Below, piece by piece: positions 26,919-40,558 of a stretch of 64,000 bases of DNA (position 1 is its first letter; each line of letters opens with the position of its first letter). The stretch spans positions 4,576 to 68,575 of the forward strand of contig MNCI01002059.1 in NCBI GenBank assembly GCA_015680685.1, read 5' to 3'. The translations under genes were made by a program, and so were the position numbers. Under the pieces are notes generated by a model. The model saw nothing but the letters and a program-made list of their open reading frames with translations, was not told where the DNA came from and ran no database searches. Origin of the DNA: Gnetum montanum (Eukaryota; Plantae; Gnetophyta).

Positions 26919-28109
26919 TGAGTATTGTTGAACTTAGAAGAGGGGGGATGAATAAGTTTCAAAAATTAAAAATTCATTGAGACAAAGCACACACACCAAG
27001 TTTAACATGGTTCCTTAACTTGGGTAGTCCACACTTGGAGGGTAGTTTTTATGTATACTTGTAGAATTTTTTGTTCTCAAATGTGGTTTCAAGAATGCCA
27101 CACCTTGTACAAGTTCTAAGCTCGCTCAGGAGTGAATTGATGCTAGGAATCCACTCAATCCCAAAAGGCCCCAACAACTCAATCCCAAAAGGCCCCAACA
27201 ATCTTAGAATGTAATTTCTAGGATTCCACAACCTTTACAACTTAGGCTTTGCTTTGGAGTATTGTGTCTCTACATTAGCACTCAATCCCATAGGATCCTG
27301 ACAAACTTAAGTAAGATGCCTTTCCATAAGAAGCACATCAACCTTGTAGGGCAACAAAAGAGAACAAAAATCATAAGGAATGAATGCAACTAAGTTTGCT
27401 AATCCTTTTACTGTAAGGTATAGCTCACTTTTACCAATTAAAATAGAAAAAAGATTGCATAATAAAGAAAAACAATGATTACAATGATTGGTTGATAACT
27501 ACAACTCACAGTATACTTTTCTTGTTCATTTTCCAATGAGAATGAAATTTTCTTATAGCCAATATGTTTATGAAATCACCTTGGAATTCATGCAATGACT
27601 ATCAAATGGTCACTGGAGATGTCTTCTTTGAGATGGAGATGTCTCTCGACATTAGACCTTAATTTTAGAAAGACATCTTCTTCAAGACTTAGACATGTTT
27701 TTGCATTAGACCTTCACTTTGGAAAGTTGTGTGTCTCTCTAAAAAGACATCTACTATTTTTCAAAGGTGTCTTCTCTTTGGCTACCTTCAATTCTACCAA
27801 GAATCTACTATTTTTCAGAGGCATCTTCTCTTAGGTTGCCTTCAATTTTGCCAAATTGTCTGTTGTCTCTTGTAGATGTCTTCACTTGATAGTAGATGTC
27901 TACTATTTCTGTAAGACATCTTCATTGAAAATAATCCTTCAATGATAAGGGTTCCTTTTAAACTCTAGGATGAGATTTGAAGTCCAAGATCTTTGAATTC
28001 CTCATGCCTTATTATCTCAATCCAAGTTCTTGCCCTACAAACACAATAGCCACACAAACATCCTTGTACTCTATTTTTCTTAATGTTTTGCCATATCAAA
28101 AGGTCAACA
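26919..28109 (-). repeat. 5' LTR of the SIRE-like element
   Basis: Adjacent to the Met PBS; matches 21596-22481; 24-bp tandem duplication at ~27153-27200. Confidence 0.9.
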
Positions 28110-28193
28110 AGCTTAAAATCTTTGATACTTATAACCACAAGGATAAGTATCATAATATCCTATATTAATTAAGTAACCTTACTTCGATACCAC

Positions 28194-29749
28194 TGTGAAG
28201 CACCCCCATACATTTAATGCAAGAAAAGCTTAGGAATGAATTATTATTAATAGAATATTAGAGTTAATGCACAAAAACAATGAGAAATTGAATAATATAG
28301 TGAAAATCCATAAATTAATTCACAAAATTCTTATGTACAATGAAGCTAAAGCATGTAATGAGCATGCTAAACCAAAAATTATATATATATATATATATTC
28401 CTATACAACATTAAGACTATACATCATCATACAATCCATCAGGCATAAACATCATGTAATTTTAGTCAATAATTTTGATACACATATCCTATCATAATAT
28501 GAATCATACACATTGTACAAAGTACTACAATTCCTTGGTTGTCTAGATTGATACCATTAATAAACAAGTTCATCTCTCTTACAAATACATAAAATTGGAA
28601 GGACAAAAACATAGATCCAAATCCTCCATTACATTCCCTAAGTTCATTAGTCTCTTGGACTTCTAAATCTATTTCCTACATATAAAGGAAGTTAGTAAAA
28701 GATTGAGTAGAGACTTTATACATGCCATATGGATGGAAAGTGTAATGCTATGTTGGAGAAGATATGTGAGGTATGTGAAGTAATATGCAATATGGTAAGC
28801 ACATCACATGCAATATCACATGTACACTCAGTTACATAACATCTAGTAGCTTAATTCAATGCATAAAATGCCAAACTTTATCATAACACACAAGTACATA
28901 TAACTATCATCATGTCCTACTAGCTCATTAAGATAATCATTATTAAAGTATATAACATCCATAACATAACCATAACTAGGCTAATCTATAACAACTAAAA
29001 CCAATATATGCATAGATACAACATGGACAACTAATGCTCCTAAGGGATCATTATCTGATAATGCATACTTACATAATCCTTATGGTTGTTAACACATCCA
29101 CACTTGGTGTAAACATGATATCATTAACATGTATACTCAAATCATGATTAATACATCTAGATATTTTATAAGATTTTCAATTACTTATAACATCATCTAG
29201 ATAGAGAATTAACTATAACTTTCCAATTATATATATAATTTTATTAACCATTATTTTAGTTTTGATTTTTAGAAATTCTCATATAATTTTTTCATCCAAA
29301 CTAATACTGAGGATCCCACACTTATTACTCACTTATGAAGCATCCATAAAATACCAATCAAACATATATAACACTTTCATAACATTAAACCATCATAGCA
29401 TGATCTACCAAATAACACTGACTCTTTAATGTATATAACATCATATCATGATTTTTCAAACAACACTAGCATCAAAATCCTATATGAATAACATGATATT
29501 ACATGGATCGAGATCATGCTGGTCAATACTTAGTCTTTCCTTGAACCCTCATATACTACTAGCAACAAACACCATACTATAGCAAAACTACTTAAGCACC
29601 ACTTGGCACCATCAAAGATTCCCAAAGTAGTCAAATATTCTAGATCAAACTTAAGATGGACTACATCTCAAAGTTCTTAAGAATCTATGAGCACAACATA
29701 AGTGCACAAATCACATGTTATATGTTAGTTCATGATTAGGAGTGTCATA
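28194..29749 (-). repeat. 5' LTR of the chromovirus
   Basis: TGTGAAGCACCCC..GGAGTGTCATA; PBS TGGTATCGAAG on - immediately inside. Confidence 0.7.
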
Positions 29750-30535
29750 AGGATGCTTTTATAATAATATAAGTAATCAAAACAATGCAACATATAAAAC
29801 ATACTCAAAAGGACTACCATATACACATGACATTATTCCACTAAGAGAGCTAAGACACATTCCTTCTCTAATGAATTTAGCCCTAATCCCCACTCCAAAG
29901 AAACGGAAGTGGCCCAAGTGTTGAAGCGAAAGATCCTCCACAAGGTTACATATCCTTATGATATAGTGTACAAAGGATCTAAGGCCATGTAGTTCTTTGG
30001 TGATGGTTATGATAGTATGAAGCTTGTAAGGATCTTCATACTTGTTCTTGTCTTTGTTTTGGAAGAGAAACAGTCATCAATCTACTAAAAAGGCATGTTA
30101 TCCTATGCTCTCCCTTTCTTGAGAGAAGCAATGTACTAACAACATAGGTCTTTGTCTATGTACTTTTATAAATGTGAAGAGGAACATGAAGATTAAGAAT
30201 ATTAAGAAACTCAAAGATCATCTAACAATTACAATTAAAAAGGTTCAATAGTGTCATTGATCATAAAGCACAAATGTTAAACTCAATTCAACATATAATC
30301 AAGTAATAAGAATGCTCATGCAATGTAGGTTAAGGAAGAAAAGGCTTATCTTTTTTCATGAAAATTATAGAAAACTTTATACCTATACCAAAATCTACTT
30401 GTGGTACATGAAAGCCATTTCCTCTACCTTTAGTAATTAAGTAAGAGCATAGAGTTAATTCTCTATGTCCAAGAGAATATAAATTTGTACCTTAGAAAAA
30501 TCACCCTCTATCATTAGTATATTTTTGGTGCTAGT

Positions 30536-31444
30536 TGATAAATCCAAATTTTGACTGACTATGATATCAGACATCCAATATTGGAGTCACAATATTGGAT
30601 CCATGATATCAGGGCACAAGCTATCATGTTGCATATTTGATATCACGGATGTGTGCAAGCCTATACAGGCAACACTTAGGCACATGATCCACAAATAGTT
30701 TTCATTCACACTTACAAAATTCTTTTAGTTTATTTTCTAGATTCTATCACTTAGCACTTAGGAGTGTATGCCCACAGTGTAATGTTTAGTAATTGAATAG
30801 AGTCTTTATTTGAGTGGAATGTACTTGGACATGTTTCATGCATAGAAATAACAATTGAGATTACTTTGCATCATTGCAGCATCACTTAGTTTTTATTCTT
30901 TACACTTAGAGAATAAATTTCCTACTTTCACTTAGCTTACTGATTACTACTTTCTTAGTTAATGTTTACTTTTACATGAACTTTACTCTTTTTGTTGTCA
31001 AGGAAAATGTATACAACTAATTCCAAGAATTAAGTGTGATCGTTTGGTAACCTAGTAGTATTATTGCTTGGTTCACCTAGTAGTATAATGCTTGGTAATA
31101 GTAGTAACAATTACGTGAGTCCAAGAAATGTATAGAGAATTAGGAATGAATGTCCATCACCTAGGATAGATTAGATTTGTTTACTATCACTTAGATTTAG
31201 AAACTACTTCATTCACATCATGTTCACTAGGAGTAATATGGCCCATACAATATCAGTATCATACACCTCACTATGAGTTAAACCATACACATTGATTTTA
31301 CTAGCTCATGTGGGATGACAATGATCGTAAACTCTAATGAATTACTCGCATAATTACATTACCTTATCCATGGAATTTAACTAAGCTGTGCATGAACACT
31401 CATAACTCATATGGTTTGGTGTTGGACTACTCCATTGCTCATCA
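30536..31444 (+). repeat. 5' LTR of A2
   Basis: TGATAAATCC..GCTCATCA; GATATC/AATATT array at 30560-30650. Confidence 0.9.
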
Positions 31445-31582
31445 TTGGCATTGTTGCCACGAACATGTTAATGTTATGCTAAGTAATTGATTTCTCAATG
31501 TTCATTGTATCCAAAACACAAAGTAAAACCTTACATGCATAAGAAAAGTATACTTAACACAAAATGTCGAAAACCTATAAAA

Positions 31583-34100
31583 TATGACATCAAATAAAGG
31601 TCAACCATTACATGCCAAGGAGAAGCAGTGATAGAATCATTGATGAAGAAGAATGACGGATGCCAATGTAGAAAAGAATCACTTATGCTCATGTTGATCC
31701 TTATCATCTAGACTTCACTTTCATATTTCATTAGAACAATCAAATGAGGTGGAGGAACATGCAAGGCAACATAGTCCTACCTCTAGAGTGTACAAAAATT
31801 AACATGATCCAAAATTCCCTAAGGGGAATGCATTTGGACTAGATCTAGGAAGGGTATCATGTGACTTAGCATATGACAAGACCTTATGAACCCACAAAGT
31901 AGCAAAGGAGGAGAGATGCTTCTATGAAGATCAAACATGTACACAACAAAGGGAAGCAAGAAAACACTTCAGTTTTCTTAGAAGAACTTGATGTTGATGC
32001 ATTTATTTTAGAGTAACTCCACCAAAACCATGAGGAGCCTTCAAAAACACCTATAATTAGACTTGAAGAACCTATCAAAGTCCAAATTCATTCCATTATG
32101 GTAGGTACACCTAAGGGAAAATCTACTGACTCAAGGTATAAGTGGGACTCTAGGCCAATGGCTCCTGCCAAATCCTGCAAAAAATCACATAAGATTCATG
32201 AAAGGAGAACAAGTTAGCATCATTCTCCTAACACCTCATTTGCCTCATCACAATCATTGGAGGACTCTAATAGGAGATGAAATATGTATTGGGACTATGA
32301 TAGGAAAGAAAGGAGTACTCATGATCATCATTACTAACATTCATGACACTTTGAGATAGAAGATGAAGAACATGAAAGAAGGAGATGAGGAAATAGAAGA
32401 GAGGATCAAGAGAGATAGAAGCATAGAAGGGGTCATCACTTATGGTAGAGCATACGAACCCAATCATGATGATGAATTCCAAATGGTAGCCTAAAGAATG
32501 ATGAATATCTAGGAAGCTATCTACATACCAACCAAGTACATAAAAGATAGCTAAATCAAATGGCTAGACATGGAAGATATTCCAAGATTTAAAGGTGACT
32601 ACAACATTGATGCATAGCATTACCTTCAAGCTTTCCATGATACTTGTATCCTCCAAAACATAGAGAGTGATTGACAAAATTTAAAGTTGTTTCCTACAAT
32701 ACTTGTGAAGGAAGTAGAGAGTTGGTATAGGTCATTGAAACTTGAATCCATCAAATGTTAGGATACCATGCTTGAAATTTTTAATGAAAAGTACCAAACC
32801 TATTCAAGAGTGTCAAATTTAAGAAAAAAATCCATGGATGAAAGCAAGGGACTCATGAAGCCCTTGATGCAATAATGGGTAGATACTATTCACTACTACG
32901 TAGGTACCTAGCCCATGGATTTTGATCAAAAGAATAGCTTAGGCACATTGTAGATGGACTATGAAGTAAAACAAGAGAGACCCTTGGGGTTTACACCCAA
33001 GGAAGATTATCAAAAATGACTGCCCATCACATTCAAAGATTAATTGATGTAGTGGCAAAAGAGGAAGCTAAACTCAGAAAGAGAGAATCAGCTAAAGAGT
33101 ACAATAGAGATCCATCAATCTGTAAGAAGGATGTATGAGTTTGTGAAATACAAGAATAGAAAACCTTGAACCAGGCCATTTAACAAAAGACTCTATTTAT
33201 TCAAAAATTAGTCAATGATATAGTAGCTAAGGTAGAGAAAGCCTAGGATACAGTAGATGAAAGATTTTCTACAACTCTAAAAATTATTAAAGAAAATATT
33301 GAATAAGCACTCAATAGGGACAAGGAAAAGAAGAAGAAAATAGATTATGGATGAGATAGTTACAAGAAAAAAGAAAATTTGCTACCATTGAAGGGTACAT
33401 TGACTCTAGTTCAGAGCAAGAGGAAGGATGCAAGGTGTGCTAGAATGAACATCCTAAGGGATGTTGTCCTGTTATGGTCCACTTACAGGAATCTGGGGTA
33501 TATGCACTCAATCCAAGCTTTGTCAAAAAGTAGGAACCTAGAAGACTTCCTTATCCTCAAGGTAATATTAGACAACCTTTTTAGCTAATCTATTACCCAA
33601 GTGGAGCCTACCCTCAACCATGAGAGTAATATCAACAACAATGGTAGCAACCATAGACATGGACAATGCCATCGCCAAGGCAATAGTATTTGTATCGACA
33701 ACTTGATCTTTATGGATACTATGTCCAATGTTCAATGTTGCTAGCAAACGTAACTATCTAGACTTCATAGAATTATCCTCTAGAATACCACCAACTGATG
33801 CTACCAAGGATCATTTTAGACACGTACAAGCATTCACAAGTAGTTGATTTTTCAAATCAACATACAAATCCTTTGGCATTAGTACCACCATCCATGATGC
33901 AAGGGGAATTTCTATCACAATCACAGTAGAGGAAAGTTGAATAAGTAGTGAACATTCAGATAGAAGATTTATCTAGCAACACTAAGTACCAAACTAGGAC
34001 AAGTTTTGAAAAAGCTAGTAGAATTAGAGCTTCATTGAGACCAACTTCCCCTACCATAGATTCTCTTACTACCAACAAGCTTCCATCATCATCCAATCAA
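31583..34100 (+). pseudogene. gag: gag of A2
   Basis: IPRFKGDY..FHDTCILQNIE..KLFPTILVKEVESWYRSL; collinear with the A1 and A4 gags. Confidence 0.75.
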
Positions 34101-34169
34101 AACATGCAAACTATCATGTTCATTGAAATTGTTATAGACTAGATTAAGGTAGGACCACTTCCTAAGAAA

Positions 34170-34560
34170 AGAATTGATCCAGGAATTCCTTTGATTTATC
34201 TACAAGTGGTTGGAAATCTACCATGAAAAGCTCTATTATACTTTGGTTGTAGGTAAATCTATTCTCTTACAAAATATATCAAACGTGGAATCTACCACCT
34301 CTGAAGGAGTGGAATATCAAGTTAGAGCTTGTAGATAAATCTATCACTAGTCATTTTGGATAGATAGTAAATGTAGTAATTACCATTAGTGGTTGGTCCC
34401 ATCCAACAGACTTTCTAGTAATCAAAGTAAGGAAAAATGATAAGGAATTCCAAATTATCATGGGAAGGGCATGGCTTAGCACAATCAATGCTAAGTTGAA
34501 TATGAGAGATTTATCTATTGAAATATCTAAATAAGACATGCATAGAGCCATACACATGCA
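34170..34560 (+). pseudogene. Aspartic protease
   Basis: DPGIPLI..KALL(D/Y)FG..; LVDKS..; PTDFLVI..FQIIMGRAWLSTINAKL. Confidence 0.8.
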
Positions 34561-36509
34561 ATGAATTCCATGCATTACTACTAAAAATAAAGGGTGAAAT
34601 AGTGGACCGAAACTTCAAAATGTTAACATAGTTACCATATCAGTCCACAATAATAGTGAAAATAAACATGTGTAAAAAGAAAGAGAAGGGGTTACTAAAC
34701 TAGAAGACAACCTATGGCCACTAACTGAGAACCAATAATCATTTAAAACATGCATGGAAACATTTGAATCACTTACTAATTCCCAATTTAAGAAGACAAC
34801 TCCAAATAAGGACCTAAACATGAAATTAATAACTTATGATCATACACCAAAAGGAAAAGAAAATAAAGACTTAGACAATCAAAAGTCAACTACCATCAAG
34901 ATCACCTGGGACGATAACTAAAAAGTTAAATCAATAAAGATGGTGTGTGAACCACTTAGAGTGTATGATCTAGGAGATGTAGGGAGCATATTTTGAACAC
35001 TTGCTCATGAGTTCAGTTGTGGGGGAGATGCCTTATTCTGATTCAAAAATTAATAAGTGCCTTTCCATTTTTTGTTTTACAATTCTTTTTAATTTCTAGT
35101 TTTTTGATATCCATTTTTTACATTCTTTAATATTTTCACATTCTTTGATATCTTTTAATTTTTTAATAGTTTCCATTTTCTTTTAACATTTTTCATTATT
35201 TATACTTTTTCACAATTCTTACTATCTTTTCATTTCTTTTATACTTCATTTTAAACCCTTTGTAAATAGTTTCAATTACTAATAAGACATATTGAATAAA
35301 AGCAAGATGTGGTCTAATATGGTAAAGATTTCTCTATGTTATCAAGTCATAAGGAACTGATTATTTAAACATTGAGCCCACACCATCCATCCATCCATTC
35401 CATTAATAAGAGGTTCTATATTATTTTTCATCATACAACTAATAATAAACTTGTGATCATTATGCCTAGACTAAAAAGTGAAGAACCAAGATGGAATGTA
35501 AAGGGTGTAACATCAAGGGGATTTGTGGATTCTTTTGATTATTTTTGTAAGTTTTATTATGTTGCTAAGGTTGTATTATATCCTTGTAGATCTAACAAAA
35601 AATGGAAAGTAAGAGTGAAATAAGTGCTACCTTAAAGGATTGACACAAATAAAAATAAAAGAGCACACAATGAATTTATGGGATTCCATTGGAAAGTCAT
35701 GTTACCCATAATTGAAGGTAGGTGGCTTCTCAAAAATCTAAAAATAAAAAGAAAGTGCCATGAATAAAACTCCTTCCTTAGACAATACACCAAGTGAAAA
35801 TACTCCTTACAACATTGATAGTCTTACAATTGTAATTCCAAGAGATGAAATAATGCGATGTCATTGGAATGTGGTTTGGACTTGGTTTGAATCTTGGAAA
35901 GAAAAGCTAGTGATTATTTTAATGACTAATAAAACACAAGAATTCATTATGCCTATGGTAAGATACCTCATGTCCCAATATCTACAATCCCCTCTAAGTC
36001 CATCTTATCTCACTATTTGAATAATCATAACTTATGTTTTGACGTAACATAGAGTTATTTTCCAAATTGGTGGTACTAACATGCCTATTTTACTAAATAG
36101 GTATGAATTACATTCAACTCCTTAAGTGCCTAAGGACACTTCTAGGCATGGTTATACAAGGGAATTAAGGGATGAAGCCTTCCTTGGGGAGGATCCACTT
36201 GTATAACTATTGTATCTTATATCTACCAAGCGATTCCACATCATCTTAAACCTTCCAAAGATTAATAAACACTTTTCATATCATTTACATTTTTTTGTTT
36301 TATAACTATGAATTCATCACCCTTCTCACCCAGCTTATGAACTCTCAGTGCCCAATATTCCTTCTCTATGAACTTCCAATGATGAATTTTTGATAGAAAA
36401 AAGTAAATTCCCATCATCCAAACCCTTTGAGAAACCTTAAAACCTTCTAAACATCCAAAAGAATTAATTTTTTCCATCAAACCCTTCTGAAAAATGAATT
36501 TTCTTAGGC

Positions 36510-37131
36510 TTTGATATCAGGTCATTGATATCAGATCCTCAATGTTGGATCCTCGATATTGGATCCCAAAAACCCTATATATATGTGAGGACTTAAAAAA
36601 TTGTTACATCATTTTTTATATATGCCAAGGAAGATTTTTTGAATTTTCTTTTCTAATTTGAGCTCTAACTTCCTAGATCTCCCAAGACATAACTCAATTG
36701 TTATTGCTCTAATTTTCATGATTTTCAAACCTATTTGATGAAGGAGTGCTCAACTTAGTCATGGGATAGTGTTAGTAAGAAAAATCTAAGCCAGTGTTTA
36801 AAACATTCTAACACCTAGAAGGTATTTTAAGGGTAAGTATGAAGTGAAGAGCTAAGATTTTTAAAGAATAATCATACATATTAATGAGAAAACAGTTAAA
36901 TAATGATCTTAAGGAACCATAACCATCATCATGAGGCATACATAAGAACAAATTAGACAATTGTGAAGGGTTATAAAAAGATTAACACCTATGGGATTAC
37001 TTTTTACAAAAATTTTCTATCTCTACAATCATAAACTAAGAACATAATGAAACCAAGGGTATGAGTAAGGTATGAAAATGCTAAGAATAAAGGTGAATAC
37101 CTTAATAATTTTTAATCCTTAATAATTGCAG
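36510..37131 (+). promoter_or_regulatory. Putative internal promoter and 5'UTR intron of the A2 accessory ORF
   Basis: GATATC array at 36510-36565, TATATATA at 36576-36583, donor GTAAGT at 36833, acceptor TTGCAG|ATG at 37131/37132. Confidence 0.6.
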
Positions 37132-39910
37132 ATGGTTGCAAAGAGAGGAGTAGAAGGAGGATCTTAACAAGGAGTAAGCAAATGACCAAGAGACCAAGGT
37201 AGAGGTTGAACCAAAGGACAAGAACTAGAATATGAGGAGTAGGAAGCCCAGTTATTTAGCATTCTTCAACAAACTCCTACTATGGGAAAATTGGCCCAAG
37301 GAGAGGTAGAGGAACCACAAGTGCTAGGATAATGCCTTATGTTGTCATAGGACTACCTCCACACCATTCGAGAAAGATCCATCCTAACCACAGTCATTGT
37401 GGAGATGAACTTTGGTCCATTTATGGAATTTATTCTTAAAGTGGTAAGGATGCAACTCCAAGCATCACCACTATGGCCAATAGTATCACAAAATGGTGAA
37501 TGGCACCTTGGGGAGACTTATCAATTTTGGCAAAACAAAGAAGAGGGAACTACTGTGAACATTGGAGGAATCTTATTGCCATTCTCAATCAAGAAAATTG
37601 TAGAAGCTTTGAATATACTGAATGAAGAAACAAGGTTAGCAAATCTATCCATCCTATTTGATCTTGAAAGTAGAAAGCTATGATTAAAATGGGCTTATGG
37701 AAAAGAGGATAAGGGATATAATGAACTAGCTTTGGAAGAAAGAAAATACTTCAAAATTAACACTTATTGCTTATTCTTAACAAAAGGACTCAATCAACTA
37801 TCAACTTATGCAGCTAGAGGTGGTGCGATCTTGATGGGCAAACATAATGCCAACCTCTCATAACTATACTTCAAGGAAATATAGAGGCAATTTGAAGAAA
37901 AGAAGGTAGGAAAGGCTACACTTCCAATTCCTTGCCTTATCAAGAAAGTGTGTAAGCAAGTTGGAATCCTAGGATACATCAATGACATTTTCAGGAGAGC
38001 CCAAAATGCTTCATATGCTAAGTTGCTCAAACTAGCATAACTAAGAAAAGACCATGGTGAGGAGAAAGAGCAAGAATAAGAATAAGAGCAACAACAACAA
38101 CATTAACAAGTAGGGCCTAGTAGCTAATAGTAATAGTAGTAGCAATAAGAACTACAAGTCCCACCACCATTACCGCAAGATTATAGACTGTAGATGAACC
38201 ATCTACAACAGATTGTAGGAAAACTCAACTTGGGAATAAGGGAGGAGGCCACTCTATATAGGTTCATTGATATTACCATTAGACACATAGTCTCAACTAA
38301 TCCAACAAGTGGATAGATTTCATTACAGTTAGGAGGAGAGGTATAGCGGTCACAATAAATATTTGGGAACGTGACATCATTCCAAGTGGTGCTAGAGACT
38401 AGAGAAGGAGCCACAGTAGTGGTAATGCAACACCAAGATGTAGTAGGAGCAGTAGTGGTGATCACTGATCACATCTAAAAATCCTTCAATATACTTGTTG
38501 TATCATTAGTGGACTTAGCTAGATCCAACGATGCTCAGATGCTAGCTGGAATCTCAATGATTCTTGCTAATCATGAGGATGTGGCCGATAGATTACTACA
38601 AATTGGGTAGGTTATGACACCACTTTTTGACATCCCTAGTGAATTCACTAGAGTACAATTTGAGCTCATCACCATCAAAGGAAAATTGGTCATGGTAAAG
38701 ACTAGGGTGGAGCATCTAGAGAAGAAACTCTAAAACTACAAGAAAATCTCGTAGCCTTGATAGTTGAACAAAGAGATCCTATGCAATTCATTATGCTTGA
38801 ATAGATTGAGTAATTAAAGATAGAATAGATTAGCAACCTAATCAAGTAGAATAAATATTTGGTAACTAAGAAAGAGAAAATTGTATGGAATGCCTCTATA
38901 GTTGAAGCATAGACATATGCACATTGGAAGGTACTTAGCACAGTATAGGAGAAAAACAAACAACTTGTTACTGATAACATGAGGTTGATCAATGTAGAAA
39001 AATAAAAAAAAAGCATATTTGAGGAGAGCATCCACCAGTTGATGAAACAACTGGTAAGGGTTAACTAGGATATGAGTTGCCTCACAAGAGAAAATAGAAC
39101 CCTTTTTATGGAGGAGGTACATGCCATTTGAAAAAAGTCTATCATTGAAATTAGTGTGTGGAAAAATAAGATAAAGAAACATAAGAGGCTTAAGGAACAC
39201 TTACGTGATCAGTTAGGTATGTACAAGTAGATAAGTGAGAAAGAAATCCATATGGTAAAGGCTAGAATTATCTTAATTTAAGCACAAAATCCTAACTAAC
39301 AATCCATCCTGGATAGTTATGCCCTTGTCCAGCAAGAGGAAGTAAAAAATAAAGACTTGCAAATTAAGAACTTGAAAGATTACATGGGGTTAGCTAACCT
39401 TTCTTATGCTAACTTGGCCATGTTGATAGTAGGTAGGCCCAGAAATAAGCTAGAACAACAAGTAGTAGCCACATATGTAGTGTACGAGAAAAAGTTTATG
39501 GATCCAAAAGATGCTTTGTAGTAACTCTAACTAGCAAACTCTAAACTGGAAGTAGTAAAAGTTGGCTACCATGGGCAAAAAGATGTAGTAGCAAACCTAG
39601 CCAAAAGATTAACTGATTATCATGAACTCTGTGAGAAAGCTCGAGCATTTGAGAAGGAGATAAGGCAGTTTGTAGCTTGGTATGTTAAAGAAAATTAAAT
39701 GTTTTTATAGCTATCATGCCCATGGAACGTGTTGATTCCATCAAACATTGGTTCATCAACATGGACGATTCATGATCCCAGAATGGAAGAAGAAAAACTT
39801 CAGGCACTCCCGAATCAATACAAATTTTAGAGGCCTGATGGTAAAGGGAAGCAACCAATGGAAGAAGCACTGCTTCCTAAAATATAAGGCTACATCCAAC
39901 TTGACTAGAT
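37132..39910 (+). pseudogene. Accessory ORF: Transposase_32-like N-domain, Q-rich linker, coiled coil, conserved C-domain
   Basis: MVAKRG start; ETYQFWQN..TVNIGGILLPFSIKKIVEALNI; C-terminal homology to 7391-8796. Confidence 0.65.
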
Positions 39911-40080
39911 TTTTTTTGTTTTGTAAAGTTATCATGATTTGTGTCATTTTTGTAAACTCCACTATGGCATTAGAGAGTCATGTATATAGTGGTTAGTGTC
40001 ATGTGAATCTACCTCCTTGTAAGCAACTCTATCCTTATTTTTTAAACTCAAGGACAAGTTTTCAATCAATCCTGGGGGTA

Positions 40081-40558
40081 TGATAAATTCAAATTTTGAC
40101 TCTTTCTATTGTCAAGTGGAATGGATACGATGGATTTTAAACATTAAGTGTGATTGTTTGGTAATCTAGTAGTATTATCGCTTGGTTCACCTAGTAGCAT
40201 AATACTTGGTAATCCCAATAATGATTGCATGAGTCCAACACATTTACAAAGAATTAGGAATGAATGTCCATTGCCTAGGCTGGATTAGCTTTGTTTATTA
40301 TCACTTAGATTTAGAAACTACTTCATTCACATCATGTTCACTAGGAGTAATATGGCCCATACAACATTAGTATCATACATCTCATAGTGAGTTAAACCAT
40401 ATGCATTGATTTTACTAGCTCATGTGGGAAGAAAATGATTATGAACTCTAACCAATTACGAGCATAATTACATTACCTTTTCCATGGAATTTAATTGGTC
40501 TACATGTGAACACTCGTATTGCGTATGGTTGGGTGTTGGACTACTCCATCGCTCATCA
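40081..40558 (+). repeat. 3' LTR of A2 with ~430-bp internal deletion
   Basis: First ~21 bp match 30536 onward, then the sequence jumps to the equivalent of ~30987. Confidence 0.9.

Larger units (their letters stand above)
21596..28109 (-). mobile_element. SIRE-like Ty1/copia element, non-autonomous (gag + env-like ORF, no pol)
   Basis: Paired LTRs 21596-22481 and 26919-28109; TSD ATCTT/AGCTT; PBS TGGTATCAGAGCC (26904-26916); PPT CCAAAAAGGGAGA at ~22485-22497. Confidence 0.9.
10850..29749 (-). mobile_element. Chromovirus (Tekay/Del-like) Ty3/gypsy element, interrupted by three insertions
   Basis: 5' LTR 28194-29749, Met PBS ending at 28192, gag-PR-RT-RH-INT-chromodomain on -, PPT at ~17134-17145. 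3' LTR pieces (10855-11100, 16000-16150, 16725-17133) match 28960-29749. Confidence 0.75.
30536..40558 (+). mobile_element. Athila-like non-autonomous element A2 (gag, protease, accessory ORF; no RT/RH/INT)
   Basis: LTRs 30536-31444 and 40081-40558; TSD CTAGT/CTAGC; PBS TGGCATTGTTGCC at 31446; PPT CCTGGGGGTA before 40081. Confidence 0.9.

Noticed and set aside
29750-30535. Possible host exon
   Set aside because: No recognisable protein in the frames I translated and no clear splice structure.
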